From Nitrosopumilales archaeon (lineage in GTDB: Archaea; Thermoproteota; Nitrososphaeria; Nitrososphaerales; Nitrososphaeraceae), in the NCBI GenBank assembly GCA_044507735.1, contig JBIQJB010000001.1:1-64000 (forward strand): DNA of 64,000 nucleotides, written 5' to 3'. Below the pieces are notes generated by a model, which saw only the letters and a program-made list of their open reading frames with translations, made no database searches and had not been told where the DNA came from. Positions 1 to 10,634 of the stretch are shown here, piece by piece. Position 1 is the stretch's first letter; each line of letters opens with the position of its first letter. The translations under genes and the position numbers were made by a program.

Positions 1-239
1 CAGGATGCGGTTCACATTATTTCTGGCTAGGGATGGAGGCTAAGTTAACAGCGCCATAAACTCTAACACGTCAGACCATTTTGAGAGGTCTGATTAAATA
101 TGCTCTCTCAATTTTCAAAATAAAATCAACATTGCACACAATAAATTGCGAATACTTATATATGCTCTCCGGATTTCCGTAAATTTGGATTTGATGTTTT
201 CTCTCGAGCAAAAGCTATTTTCATGTTTGGAGGTGCCTA

Positions 240-494
240 TTGCCATTGTCTGAAAAGAAAGTCATCAAGATAACAAACCATGCTTACCAGCCAAAGCACG
301 AAATACTGCCGAAGAAGGAAGCAGAGGAAATTTTGAAAAAGTACAACGCCAAGCCGAGTCAGCTACCTTATATCATGATAAGTGACAAGGCATTGGAAGA
401 TCTTGACGTCCGGCCAGGCGACATCATCAAGATCACGAGAAAGAGCCCGACTGCGGGTGAAAGTGTATATTACCGATATGTCGTAGAGGGTTGA
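240..494 (+). CDS. rpoH: RNA polymerase subunit H (Rpo5)
   Basis: QPKHEIL, QLPYIMISD, GDIIKITRKSPTAGESVYYRYV; first gene of the rpo operon. Confidence 0.97.
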   Translation: MPLSEKKVIKITNHAYQPKHEILPKKEAEEILKKYNAKPSQLPYIMISDKALEDLDVRPGDIIKITRKSPTAGESVYYRYVVEG

Positions 495-503
495 GTACGT
501 ACA

Positions 504-3500
504 ATGATAGAGAATTCTATTGAAATGTGGCCGATTATCAACGACATTTTGCGAAGGGAAGGCGTTGCAAGGCAGCACCTGAACTCTTATAATGAATTCA
601 TGGAGCGCGGGCTCCAAAGCATTATTGATGAAGTAGGCGAGATCGAGATAGAAACCGCTGAATATCCTTACAAGATCAAACTGGGCAAGATCAAGCTCCA
701 ACAACCAAGGATAATGGAGCTTGATGGCTCCATTACACACGTGGCTCCGATGGAAGGCAGGCTACGCAACCTCACATATGCTTCTCCTGTGATGCTAGAG
801 TGCAGCGTGGTGGAGGACGGCAAGATCTTGGAATCGCGCTTTATACACATCGGCGACATGCCAGTCATGGTCAAATCGAATACTTGCATTTTACACAATC
901 TGCCAGAAAGCAAACTCATTGAGTTTGGGGAGGACCCTCGAGACCCTGGAGGATATTTCATTATCAATGGCTCTGAGCGCGTCATTGTAGGTTTGGAGGA
1001 CTTGTCTTACAACAAGATCATCGTGGACGCTGAAGAAACAACTGGCACCTTGCTCTACAAGGCCAAGGTGTACTCTTCAATCGTGGGCTACAGGGCAAAG
1101 CTGGAGTTGATAATGCGCCCTGATGGCTCGATAGTGACAAAAATTCCTGGTTCTCCTGTAGACATACCACTCATCACTCTTATTCGCGGACTTGGCTTGG
1201 AATCTGACAAGGACATTGCAGACTCTGTTTCCCTGAACGAGACAATTCAGGACGAGCTGGAGCCCTCGTTTGAAAAGGCTGGAGACGTCAAGAGCAGCAG
1301 GGATGCCATAGTTTACATTTCAAAAAGAATCGCACCCGGTATGCTAGAAGAATTCCAGATCAAGAGGGCAGAGACTCTGCTTGACTGGGGCCTCTTGCCG
1401 CACATTGGCAAGAACCCTGATAACAGACACGAAAAGGCTCTTTTCCTGGGCGAAGCTGCATGCAAACTGATCGAGCTGAAGCTGGGATGGATAGACGCCG
1501 ACGACAAGGATCACTATGGAAACAAGGTGATCAAGTTTGCCGGCCAGATGCTTGCAGACCTCTTCAGGACCGCCTTCCGCAATCTGATAAGGGACATGAA
1601 GTACCAGCTGGAGCGCTCTGGGCAAAAGCGCGGCATCAACGCAGTGGCCGCTGCTGTCAGACCCGGCATCGTATCTGACAAGCTGAACAATGCAATTGCA
1701 ACAGGAAACTGGGGCAGGGGCAGAGTAGGAGTCACACAATTGCTTGACAGAACCAACTACATGTCCACGATTTCGCACCTGCGCAGGATCCAGTCACCTC
1801 TCAGCAGAAGCCAGCCTAACTTTGAGGCAAGAGATCTCCATGCGACGCACTTTGGTAGGATCTGCCCTGCCGAAACACCTGAAGGTTCTAACTGTGGACT
1901 TGTCAAGAACCTTGCATTATCTGCAATAATCTCGGTCAATGTCCCGAGTGCCGAAGTCACGGAAAAGCTGTACGAACTTGGAGTGCAGAACGTGGAAGAA
2001 GCCAACGAAAGCCTCCGAGAAGCAGGCACACGGGTATTCGTAGACGGCAGGCTAATTGGATATGTCGAGAGGGGTGATAACCTCGCCGACACGCTAAGGT
2101 CAATGAGAAGATCTGGCAAGATCCACCCACACGTGGGCATTTACCTTTACAGCTCGCAGAACGAAAAGGCCACAAAGCGACTTTACATTAGCTGCAACGC
2201 CGGCCGCGTACTTCGACCACTTGCAGTAGTCAGGGATAGCAAGCCAGTAGTGACTCCTGAAATAATTGAAAAGGTCTCGAAAAAGTTCCTCTCTTGGAAT
2301 GACCTTCTCTACATGGGAGTGATAGAGCTGGTGGACGCAAACGAAGAGGAGAACTGCTATGTTGCCATTGATCCAAAGAAAATAGAGCCAAAGCACACGC
2401 ACCTGGAGATATTCCCTTCAGCGATCCTGGGCGTAGGCGCCTCGATAATTCCATATCCGGAGCACAACCAGTCGCCGAGAAACACCTACGAAAGCGCCAT
2501 GGCAAAGCAGAGTCTGGGATTTTCAACTCCGCTGATGAATGCAAGCACCTATGTGAGACAGCATTTCATGCTCTATCCTCAAACTCCTGTGGTGAGCACA
2601 AAGGCGATAAATCTGCTTGGGCTTGAAGACCGCCCGACCGGCCAGAACGCCGTGGTGGCGGTGCTTCCATTTGAAGGCTACAACATTGAAGACGCTGTGG
2701 TGTTCAACAAGTCATCAGTCGACAGAGGGCTTGGCAGGACGTTCTTTTACAGAATCTATGAAGCCGAAGCAAAGCAGTACCCCGGCGGCATGAAAGATAA
2801 TTTTGAGCTGCCTCAGCCAGACGCCAACATCCGCGGCTACAGGGGCGAAAAAGCCTACCGCCTGCTTGAGCAGGACGGCGCCATAATGCATGAGGCCGTT
2901 GTTAACGGAGGAGACATCCTGATCGGCAGGACGTCGCCGCCAAGGTTCATGGAGGAGTACAAAGAGTTTGAAGTCAAGGGTCCGTATCGCCGCGATACTT
3001 CCGTTGGAGTGAGGCCCTCTGAAAATGGGGTCGTCGATACTGTAATAGTAACGCAATCAGTCGAGGGCGGCAAGATGTACAAGATCAGGGTCAGGGACAT
3101 GCGAATTCCTGAGATCGGCGACAAGTTTGCATCACGACACGGTCAGAAAGGCGTAATTGGAATGCTTGTCAACCAGGAAGACGTGCCGTATACAGAAGAC
3201 GGCGTTGTTCCAGACATCATGATCAATCCACATGCGTTCCCTTCAAGGATGACCGTCGGACAGTTCATGGAATCGCTTGGGGGCAAGGCCGCCTCTCTTC
3301 GCGGCAGAATAGTCGACGGATCTGCGTTCCTTGGAGAGAAGGGAGACGATATCAAGGCAGCAATGGAGCAATATGGTTTCAAGTATACTGGCAAGGAAGC
3401 CATGTACGACGGCAGGACGGGGCGCAAGTTCCCAGCGGATGTCTACATCGGTGTTGTCTATTATCAAAAACTGCACCACATGGTCGCTGACAAGATCCAC

Positions 3501-3854
3501 AGTCGCGCAAGAGGACAAGTTCAGATGCTGACGAAGCAACCAACCGAGGGCCGTGCGCGTGGCGGTGGGCTCAGGTTTGGAGAGATGGAGCGTGACTGCC
3601 TTATCGCATACGGTGCGTCTATGATGCTGAAGGACAGACTGCTCGAAGAATCCGACAAGGCCGAAGTCAATGTTTGCGAGCGCTGCGGGCTGCTTGCTTA
3701 CTATGACGTGAAGCAGCGCCGCTACGTTTGCCGCGTCTGTGGAGAAAAGGCCAAGATTTCGTCAGTAGTTATCGCCTATGCGTTCAAGCTGCTGTTGCAG
3801 GAGATGATGAGTCTTAACGTCGCTCCCAGGCTGCTTGTAAAGGAGAAAGTCTAA
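504..3854 (+). CDS. rpoB: RNA polymerase subunit B (Rpo2, unsplit)
   Basis: GDKFASRHGQKG, QPTEGRARGGGLRFGEMERD, C-terminal Zn ribbon. Confidence 0.99.
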   Translation: MIENSIEMWPIINDILRREGVARQHLNSYNEFMERGLQSIIDEVGEIEIETAEYPYKIKLGKIKLQQPRIMELDGSITHVAPMEGRLRNLTYASPVMLECSVVEDGKILESRFIHIGDMPVMVKSNTCILHNLPESKLIEFGEDPRDPGGYFIINGSERVIVGLEDLSYNKIIVDAEETTGTLLYKAKVYSSIVGYRAKLELIMRPDGSIVTKIPGSPVDIPLITLIRGLGLESDKDIADSVSLNETIQDELEPSFEKAGDVKSSRDAIVYISKRIAPGMLEEFQIKRAETLLDWGLLPHIGKNPDNRHEKALFLGEAACKLIELKLGWIDADDKDHYGNKVIKFAGQMLADLFRTAFRNLIRDMKYQLERSGQKRGINAVAAAVRPGIVSDKLNNAIATGNWGRGRVGVTQLLDRTNYMSTISHLRRIQSPLSRSQPNFEARDLHATHFGRICPAETPEGSNCGLVKNLALSAIISVNVPSAEVTEKLYELGVQNVEEANESLREAGTRVFVDGRLIGYVERGDNLADTLRSMRRSGKIHPHVGIYLYSSQNEKATKRLYISCNAGRVLRPLAVVRDSKPVVTPEIIEKVSKKFLSWNDLLYMGVIELVDANEEENCYVAIDPKKIEPKHTHLEIFPSAILGVGASIIPYPEHNQSPRNTYESAMAKQSLGFSTPLMNASTYVRQHFMLYPQTPVVSTKAINLLGLEDRPTGQNAVVAVLPFEGYNIEDAVVFNKSSVDRGLGRTFFYRIYEAEAKQYPGGMKDNFELPQPDANIRGYRGEKAYRLLEQDGAIMHEAVVNGGDILIGRTSPPRFMEEYKEFEVKGPYRRDTSVGVRPSENGVVDTVIVTQSVEGGKMYKIRVRDMRIPEIGDKFASRHGQKGVIGMLVNQEDVPYTEDGVVPDIMINPHAFPSRMTVGQFMESLGGKAASLRGRIVDGSAFLGEKGDDIKAAMEQYGFKYTGKEAMYDGRTGRKFPADVYIGVVYYQKLHHMVADKIHSRARGQVQMLTKQPTEGRARGGGLRFGEMERDCLIAYGASMMLKDRLLEESDKAEVNVCERCGLLAYYDVKQRRYVCRVCGEKAKISSVVIAYAFKLLLQEMMSLNVAPRLLVKEKV

Positions 3855-3870
3855 GGAGGTAGATATTGAG

Positions 3871-6800
3871 ATGATGGAAGAATCTGCAAAAATTTTGGGT
3901 GGAATAAAGTTCAGCGTTTGGTCGCCTACCGAGGTCCGCAAGTTCTCGGTAGCCGAGATCACTGCACCGGAGACATACGACGAGGACGGCATGCCCGTTC
4001 AGGGTGGCCTTATGGACAACAGGCTGGGCACGCTGGAGCCGGGTCAGAAGTGTGCCAGCTGCGGCAACACTTCTGCAAAATGCCCCGGACACTTTGGGCA
4101 CATTGAGCTGGCCGAACCTGTGCTCCACATCGCGTTTGTAGACGACATCCACAAGCTTTTGCTCATCTGCTGCAGGTCGTGTAGCAGGATCAAGCTCGAG
4201 CCGGAGGAGCTTACGCACTACAAGCAGATCCGCGACACAAAGGCTGCGTATGCTGTCATAACTCTTGAAAATATCAAGGACGAAATAATCGAACGGGCCA
4301 AGAAAGTCAAGATCTGCCCACACTGTGGCAAGGAACAGTACGACCTGATATTCACCAAGCCGACAATTTTCGTTGAAAAGACTGACGCCGGTGAAAACAG
4401 GCTCTTGCCAATCACAATACGTGAAAGGCTGAGCCACGTTCCGGACGATGACCTGACTTTGCTTGGATACGATCCCAAGACCGCAAGGCCAGAATGGTTC
4501 GTTCTCCAAGTGCTTCCGGTTCCGCCCGTGACGGTAAGGCCATCAATCATACTTGAAACAGGCATAAGATCAGAGGACGACCTGACACACAAGCTGGTAG
4601 ACATTATCAGAGTCAACCAGCGGCTCAAGGAGAGCAAAGAGGCAGGCACTCCGCCACTGATCGTTCAAGATCTCGTGGACCTCCTGCAGTATCACGTTAC
4701 AACATACTTTGACAACGAGGTGTCTGGCATCCCGCAGGCCCACCACAGATCAGGCAGACCTCTCAAGACTCTGACCCAGAGGCTCAAGGGCAAGGAGGGC
4801 AGGTTCAGGGGATCGCTTTCGGGCAAGCGTGTGGACTTTTCAAGCAGGACCGTGATTTCTCCTGACCCCAATCTGAGAATTTCCGACGTTGGCGTGCCTA
4901 TAGACGTAGCCAAGAAGCTCACCATACCTGAAACAGTTTCACAGTGGAACATTGAACGGCTCAAGGCGCTTGTGGTAAACGGTCCCAACACTTATCCAGG
5001 CGCCAACTATATCATCAGGCCCGACGGAGTCAAGATCAGGCTTGATTACGTCACCGACAGAAACGCAATAGCCGACTCGCTCGCTTCAGGCTACATCGTC
5101 GAACGCCACCTTGCGGACGGCGACATTGTGATCTTTAACAGGCAGCCGTCGCTGCACAGGATGTCCATAATGGCACATAGCGTAAGGGTGCTCCCCTACA
5201 GGACGTTCCGCCTGCACCCTGCAGTATGTCCGCCATACAACGCAGACTTTGATGGAGACGAAATGAACCTACACGTGCCGCAGAGTGAAGAGGCCCGGGC
5301 TGAAGCAACTCTTCTCATGAGGGTTCAGGACCAGCTGATCTCACCAAGGTATGGTGGCCCGATCATTGGCGGCATTAGGGACTTTATCACGGGTGCATTC
5401 ATGTTGACGCGCGACGGCTCGACGCTGACGAGAGACGAGTTTGCAAATCTGGCAATGATTGGCGGCTACAATGGGCCACTGCCGGAGCCGTCGATAACGA
5501 CAAAGGACGGCCAAAGGCTCTACACCGGAAAGCAACTCTTCTCGCTATTTCTGCCAAAGGACTTTAACTTTATCATCACGTCAAAATGGAACAAGGCGGC
5601 AAAGGGAGAGGGGAAGGATGTCGTCATAAAGAACGGCCAGCTCCAGAGCGGCGTGATCGACAAGGCATCGATTGGGGCAGAAGAGCCGGACAGCGTGCTA
5701 CACAGGATCGCCAAGGACTATGGCACCGAGGCCGCAAGAAAGTTCCTGGATTCTATTCTGACCATGCTCAAGACGTACATTACACATAGGGGATTCACGT
5801 ACGGCTACTCTGACCTTTGGCTTTCACCAGAAACAAGGCAGGAAATCAGTGACATTATCCAGAAAACCTATGAAAAGGTCTACGAGTTGATACAACAATA
5901 CAACGAAGGGACACTGCCGCTGACAAGAGGCCTTTCAGCCGAAGAGGCGCTCGAATTGTACGTAGTCAACGAGCTGTCTAGGGCCCGCGACCGTGCAGGC
6001 AGGACTGCCGACAGGGCTTTTCCAGATGAAAACTCTGGCGTCATTATGGCGTCCACAGGTGCTAGGGGCTCGACCCTTAACATCGGCCAGATGACCGCAG
6101 CGCTTGGACAGCAGTCGATCAGAGGCAAGAGGATCATGAAGGGCTACCACAACAGGGCACTATCACATTTCAAGCCAAATGATGCGAACCCTGATGCAAA
6201 GGGATTTGTCAAGTCAAACTACCGCGACGGGCTGTCGCCTCTGGAGTTCTTCTTCCATGCCATGGGTGGTAGGGAAGGTCTGGTAGATACGGCAGTCAGA
6301 ACACAGCAATCTGGATACATGCAGAGAAGGCTCATCAACGCGCTTGAACACTTGAAGATTGAATATGACCAGACAGTGCGCGACCCGCACGGCAATATCG
6401 TTCAGTTCCTATACGGAGAAGACGGCATCGACCCCGCCAAGAGCGATCATGGCGAGGCTGTCAACATTTCCAGGCTCATTGAAGCTGAATCCATTGTCGA
6501 CGAGGGCAGAAAGGCTACTGAAGATGTCATCAAGGGCATCATCGCCAAGTACGCCGAGAACCTTAACCCGAGGATGAAGGCCAACCTAGAAAAGGCACTG
6601 CTCGAAAACAGGCTAAGCAAAGAAGGTGTCGAGAAAGTGATGAAGAAGGTGCTCGACCTGATCGACAAGGCACTTGCCGAGCCCGGAGAAGCGGTCGGAG
6701 TTGTGACTGCACAGTCCATTGGCGAGCCGGGAACCCAGATGACTCTCAGGACGTTCCACTTCGCAGGCGTAAAAGAGAGGAACGTTACGCTCGGCCTTCC

Positions 6801-7698
6801 GAGGCTAATTGAGCTCGTGGACGCGCGCAAGAAACCCGTGACCCCTACGATGGACATCTACCTCGACGAGGAGCACAGGGTGTCTCGGGAGAAGGCACTT
6901 GAAGTCGCAAGAGAAATCCTGTTCACTCAGATAGGCGACCTCGTAGAGAGGACTGAGACCGACTATAGTGGCGTGCTGACGTTCTACCTGTCTGAAGCGA
7001 AAATGACGGAAAGAGGATGCACCTTTAATGACGTTACGGCAGTGCTTGAAAGTGCCAAGAAGAAATACACCATCAAGGCCAATGAGAACAAGCTCTCCAT
7101 AAAGATCACAGTGCCTGACGAGCCTGACGCACAGACACTGCTGACCCTCAAGAGCAAGCTGCTCAACACAAGGGTAAAGGGCGTGCCAGATATTGAGCGC
7201 GTAACAATAGTCAAGCAGAACGATGAATGGGTGATCCAGACTGCAGGGTCGAACCTTGCAAAGGTGGTTGCGGTAGATGGCATTGATCTGACAAGGATCA
7301 CCACCAACAACGTCTACGAGATATGGCAGACACTTGGCATCGAAGCTGCAAGAACTGCACTGATCAAAGAGATCACCAATACACTAGAAGAACAGGGTCT
7401 TGAAGTAGACACACGTCACATCATGCTTGTTGCAGACCTCATGACGTCGAAGGGATATCTGCAACAGATAGGCAGGCACGGTATTGCGGGAACAAAGACG
7501 TCGGTGCTTGCTAGGGCTGCATTCGAAATCACAGTACCGACAATTGCAAAAGCATCGCTTGAAGGCCAGGTAGAGACGCTGAAAGGAGTAACAGAAAACG
7601 TTATAGTGGGTGCCACTGTACCGGTCGGCACTGGAATGGTGGACCTATACATGAAGGTGAAGGATAACAACAATGAAAGCGCTGGAAAAAGTGATTAA
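3871..7698 (+). CDS. rpoA: RNA polymerase subunit A (Rpo1, fused A'/A'')
   Basis: Catalytic NADFDGD, N-terminal CPGHFGH, SIGEPGTQMTLRTFH in one 1275-aa ORF. Confidence 0.99.
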   Translation: MMEESAKILGGIKFSVWSPTEVRKFSVAEITAPETYDEDGMPVQGGLMDNRLGTLEPGQKCASCGNTSAKCPGHFGHIELAEPVLHIAFVDDIHKLLLICCRSCSRIKLEPEELTHYKQIRDTKAAYAVITLENIKDEIIERAKKVKICPHCGKEQYDLIFTKPTIFVEKTDAGENRLLPITIRERLSHVPDDDLTLLGYDPKTARPEWFVLQVLPVPPVTVRPSIILETGIRSEDDLTHKLVDIIRVNQRLKESKEAGTPPLIVQDLVDLLQYHVTTYFDNEVSGIPQAHHRSGRPLKTLTQRLKGKEGRFRGSLSGKRVDFSSRTVISPDPNLRISDVGVPIDVAKKLTIPETVSQWNIERLKALVVNGPNTYPGANYIIRPDGVKIRLDYVTDRNAIADSLASGYIVERHLADGDIVIFNRQPSLHRMSIMAHSVRVLPYRTFRLHPAVCPPYNADFDGDEMNLHVPQSEEARAEATLLMRVQDQLISPRYGGPIIGGIRDFITGAFMLTRDGSTLTRDEFANLAMIGGYNGPLPEPSITTKDGQRLYTGKQLFSLFLPKDFNFIITSKWNKAAKGEGKDVVIKNGQLQSGVIDKASIGAEEPDSVLHRIAKDYGTEAARKFLDSILTMLKTYITHRGFTYGYSDLWLSPETRQEISDIIQKTYEKVYELIQQYNEGTLPLTRGLSAEEALELYVVNELSRARDRAGRTADRAFPDENSGVIMASTGARGSTLNIGQMTAALGQQSIRGKRIMKGYHNRALSHFKPNDANPDAKGFVKSNYRDGLSPLEFFFHAMGGREGLVDTAVRTQQSGYMQRRLINALEHLKIEYDQTVRDPHGNIVQFLYGEDGIDPAKSDHGEAVNISRLIEAESIVDEGRKATEDVIKGIIAKYAENLNPRMKANLEKALLENRLSKEGVEKVMKKVLDLIDKALAEPGEAVGVVTAQSIGEPGTQMTLRTFHFAGVKERNVTLGLPRLIELVDARKKPVTPTMDIYLDEEHRVSREKALEVAREILFTQIGDLVERTETDYSGVLTFYLSEAKMTERGCTFNDVTAVLESAKKKYTIKANENKLSIKITVPDEPDAQTLLTLKSKLLNTRVKGVPDIERVTIVKQNDEWVIQTAGSNLAKVVAVDGIDLTRITTNNVYEIWQTLGIEAARTALIKEITNTLEEQGLEVDTRHIMLVADLMTSKGYLQQIGRHGIAGTKTSVLARAAFEITVPTIAKASLEGQVETLKGVTENVIVGATVPVGTGMVDLYMKVKDNNNESAGKSD

Positions 7699-7990
7699 GG
7701 AAGCAATAGCCTCAGACAAGTACAAGAGCGGCGTCAGGGAAGTACTACATTCAGTCAAGGGCTCGAAGCTGATTATCGTCAGCAAATCCATAGACTCTGC
7801 AGACCGAGTCAAGCTCGAAGAGCAGGCCAAGGCCTCTAACGTTGCCGTATACGAATACTCTGGGACTTCTGTCCAGCTGGGCAAGCTATGCAACAAGCCG
7901 TACAGGATCACTGCAATAGCGATCAAGAGTGGCACTGCCGCCGAGATCGAAGCGATAATATCTGAAGGGGCTGCGGCGACGTCCAAGTAG
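7673..7990 (+). CDS. rpl30e: 50S ribosomal protein L30e (L7Ae/L30e family)
   Basis: YSGTSVQLGKLCNKPY motif; canonical position after rpoA. Confidence 0.9.
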   Translation: MKALEKVIKEAIASDKYKSGVREVLHSVKGSKLIIVSKSIDSADRVKLEEQAKASNVAVYEYSGTSVQLGKLCNKPYRITAIAIKSGTAAEIEAIISEGAAATSK

Positions 7991-8077
7991 ACTTAAATTG
8001 AACAAGAGTTGAAAGCATGATTTGTTGACATCGCCGTCGTTGTTTGCACCGCACGCCATCACAGGGACGCTGTAGAA

Positions 8078-8560
8078 ATGGAAATCAAGCTGACTTCTGA
8101 CGAACTTAGGCTCTTATCTCTTTTCCAGAGCATAACCAGTGCCACTGCGAGGGATTGCATAGTTGATGAGAAAATGGATCGCGTCATTTTCGTGGTCAAC
8201 AAGGGGCAGATGGGTCTTGCCATCGGCAAGGGTGGCTCTACGATCAAGCAGTTGCAGAACGTGGTCGCAAAAAAGATAGAGCTTGTCGAATACTCTGACG
8301 ATCCTGCCGAGTTTATCCGCAATATGCTCAACGCAGACATGGTGAATGAAGTTAGAATATCTGACAGGCCAGACGGTACTAAACAGGCGGTTGTTATGGT
8401 CGACCAGAGGAAGAAGGGTGCCGTGGTGGGCAGGGAGGGCAGGAATGCCGAGAAGGCGAGGCTCCTTGCAAAGCGATACTTCCAAATAACCAATGTGCAG
8501 ATAGTAAGCCCTGAACAACAGGGTAGTAATAGTAATAGGGTGAATATGGTAGATGGGTAA
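8078..8560 (+). CDS. nusA: Archaeal NusA-like KH-domain transcription factor
   Basis: Two KH motifs ([17 protein letters not shown]); operon position. Confidence 0.95.
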   Translation: MEIKLTSDELRLLSLFQSITSATARDCIVDEKMDRVIFVVNKGQMGLAIGKGGSTIKQLQNVVAKKIELVEYSDDPAEFIRNMLNADMVNEVRISDRPDGTKQAVVMVDQRKKGAVVGREGRNAEKARLLAKRYFQITNVQIVSPEQQGSNSNRVNMVDG

Positions 8561-8990
8561 ATCTCCGTTAGGTCTGTTCGCAGGCAGGGTTCTCAAGTCT
8601 AAGAAGAGCCGTGCCAGGTGGGCAGATAAGTACTACAAGAGAAGGATGCTCATGCTTGACAAGAAGGCAAACCCTCTAGAAGGGGCGCCTCAGGCAAGGG
8701 GCATAGTGCTGGAAAAAGTTGGCATCGAGTCGAAACAGCCCAACTCTGCCGTGCGTAAGTGCGTCAGGGTTCAGCTTATAAAGAATGGCAAGTCGGTAAC
8801 TGCCTTCCTTCCAAGGGACGGCGCTCTGAATTTTGTTGATGAGCACGACGAAGTTATTATTGGCGGCATTGGCGGCTCGATGGGTGGCGCAATGGGTGAT
8901 ATCCCCGGCGTCAGATGGCAGGTATTCAAGGTCAACGGCGTTTCGCTGAATGAGCTGGTGCGTGGAAGAAAGGAGAAGCCGAGAAGATGA
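8553..8990 (+). CDS. rps12: 30S ribosomal protein S12 (uS12)
   Basis: [22 protein letters not shown]. Confidence 0.98.
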   Translation: MGKSPLGLFAGRVLKSKKSRARWADKYYKRRMLMLDKKANPLEGAPQARGIVLEKVGIESKQPNSAVRKCVRVQLIKNGKSVTAFLPRDGALNFVDEHDEVIIGGIGGSMGGAMGDIPGVRWQVFKVNGVSLNELVRGRKEKPRR

Positions 8991-9592
8991 GCGGGAAAGA
9001 ACAAGTACACATACAGCTGTTCCACAAGTGGGATCCTAGTGGCATCACGATAAACGATCCTGGCTTGAAGAATGTTATCAGCCTAAAGCCGGCTGTAATC
9101 CCTGTGACTTTTGGAAGACACGAACACCAGCGACTAAAGAAAGCAGAAGTCAACATCGTGGAGCGCCTGGCAAACAAGATGATGCACTTTGGAAAGAAAT
9201 ACGCCAAGAACACCGGCAGAATGGGCGGCAAGAAGGCAAGGATGCTCACCATAATCAAGACTGCGTTTGAGATCATCTATCTGGAAACTGGAAAGAACCC
9301 AATAGAGCTGCTTGTAAGAGCAATCGAGAACTCTTCACCAAACGAGGACACGACCCGCATTGTGTATGGTGGGGTTGTCTACCATGTCTCGGTTGATGTT
9401 GCTCCGCTGCGCAGGGTCGACCTTGCGCTGCGCTTTATCGCGGAAGGAGTGAGGGAATCAACCTATAGCAATCCACAGACGATCGAAGAGGCACTTGCCA
9501 AGGAGATCATCCTGGCTGCCAACAACGATATGGCAAGCCATGCTGTAAAGAAGAAGAACGAGCAAGAAAGAATCGCAATGGCTTCTAGGTAA
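8987..9592 (+). CDS. rps7: 30S ribosomal protein S7 (uS7)
   Basis: [27 protein letters not shown]. Confidence 0.98.
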   Translation: MSGKEQVHIQLFHKWDPSGITINDPGLKNVISLKPAVIPVTFGRHEHQRLKKAEVNIVERLANKMMHFGKKYAKNTGRMGGKKARMLTIIKTAFEIIYLETGKNPIELLVRAIENSSPNEDTTRIVYGGVVYHVSVDVAPLRRVDLALRFIAEGVRESTYSNPQTIEEALAKEIILAANNDMASHAVKKKNEQERIAMASR

Positions 9593-9602
9593 AAAAGCCA
9601 AC

Positions 9603-9625
9603 CTTTTTTCCTTCCTTTATTTCTC
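9603..9625 (+). terminator. Probable oligo-T terminator of the rpo/S12-S7 operon
   Basis: Pyrimidine/T run directly after the S7 stop. Confidence 0.5.
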
Positions 9626-9680
9626 TATATTCTGATTTCATAATTATTAAAAGCGATTGCTGCTTCACCCTCTTTCAAAG

Positions 9681-9736
9681 GGGGCTAGGCTGAGCGGGTG
9701 ACGCAGGGGGGTGGGGGGAAAGCTCCCCTAGCCTCG
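9681..9736 (+). ncRNA. Candidate small structured tRNA-like RNA lacking an anticodon arm
   Basis: GC-rich island in an AT-rich spacer; GGGGCTA/TAGCCTC terminal stem; TATA-like TTAAAAG begins 34 nt upstream, the same spacing as for the tRNA-Ser gene. Confidence 0.55.
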
Positions 9737-9939
9737 CAGTGACATTTCTTATGAAAACTCACGTGGTTTGCTGTCGATATAAAATTTGTCGCTGCACAGA
9801 ATGCCAGATTTTTTTCTCTCAGATTCTCAATCTGCTGTGTATATGCGTATAGCGACAGCAAGAGGCAATGGAAGAATCTCAATACCAGCAGCAAAATTCT
9901 TGAACTTGCTGTATATGGTGGCGATTCCAGTCGACGAGA

Positions 9940-10152
9940 CTACTCTCGGAGTCCTGACCGTCCGCCCTGTGCCCTGCGAAACACATTCATGCCCAGATTG
10001 TAATTCTCAAAGAGCGACTGCAGAGTTTCTAGCTCGGTAGAAAGCATCGCAATCTCGCCCCGGTTCTCTTCGGGCTTTTTCATAAGCTCTTCAAGCTTCG
10101 CCTTTTTCTCGGCCAAAAGCTTGCCTACGTTGTGCTCGTATTCGCTTGACAC
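9940..10152 (-). CDS. Small coiled-coil hypothetical protein
   Basis: 70 aa, charged helical composition, plausible codon usage. Confidence 0.7.
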   Translation of the reverse strand: MSSEYEHNVGKLLAEKKAKLEELMKKPEENRGEIAMLSTELETLQSLFENYNLGMNVFRRAQGGRSGLRE

Positions 10153-10634
10153 GTAGGAGGCTGTCAGTCATTCAAATTTTAACGTTTAGGCTGCCTGTGC
10201 TTCTTGGCGCCCAACAATGGGCCCAATTAATCTGTGAACGCTTGCGATTCAGAGGTCTTAATGAACGGTCCAATTCCTTCCCGCCCGAATTCTCTTGTTT
10301 GCCTTTCCGCTGGATATGTTGCCGTGATCCTAGCATTCTCATCGTTTTGAGCATGAAATTTCCGGGAGGTGACAAGAGCAGAACAATACAATGTGCATGT
10401 CTGGGTCTGGATCCAAATTGGCCGAATTAATCCCGTCAGTTAACATTGTTAATCTAGCTTAATTAGATAAGGTGACTACATAGTAGTCGAGTATGCTCGT
10501 GGTAAGACATATCGCTAGTATCGAGAGGGTGTGAATTTGAAGGCCAAGGTATTTCAGAAATGCTATCTAGGTCTGTCTGCAGATGGTACCTTTGACACTC
10601 CCAAAGATACAATCTGTTATCATGGAGTAGCGAT

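Noticed and set aside
3871-7698. Fused RpoA'/A'' and unsplit RpoB
   Set aside because: Known trait of Thaumarchaeota; useful for taxonomy, not novel
9681-9740. SRP RNA, RNase P RNA or tmRNA identity for the GC-rich island
   Set aside because: The terminal stem closes within 56 nt; no SRP helix 8, no RNase P 3' conserved region, no tag reading frame or G3-U70 pair
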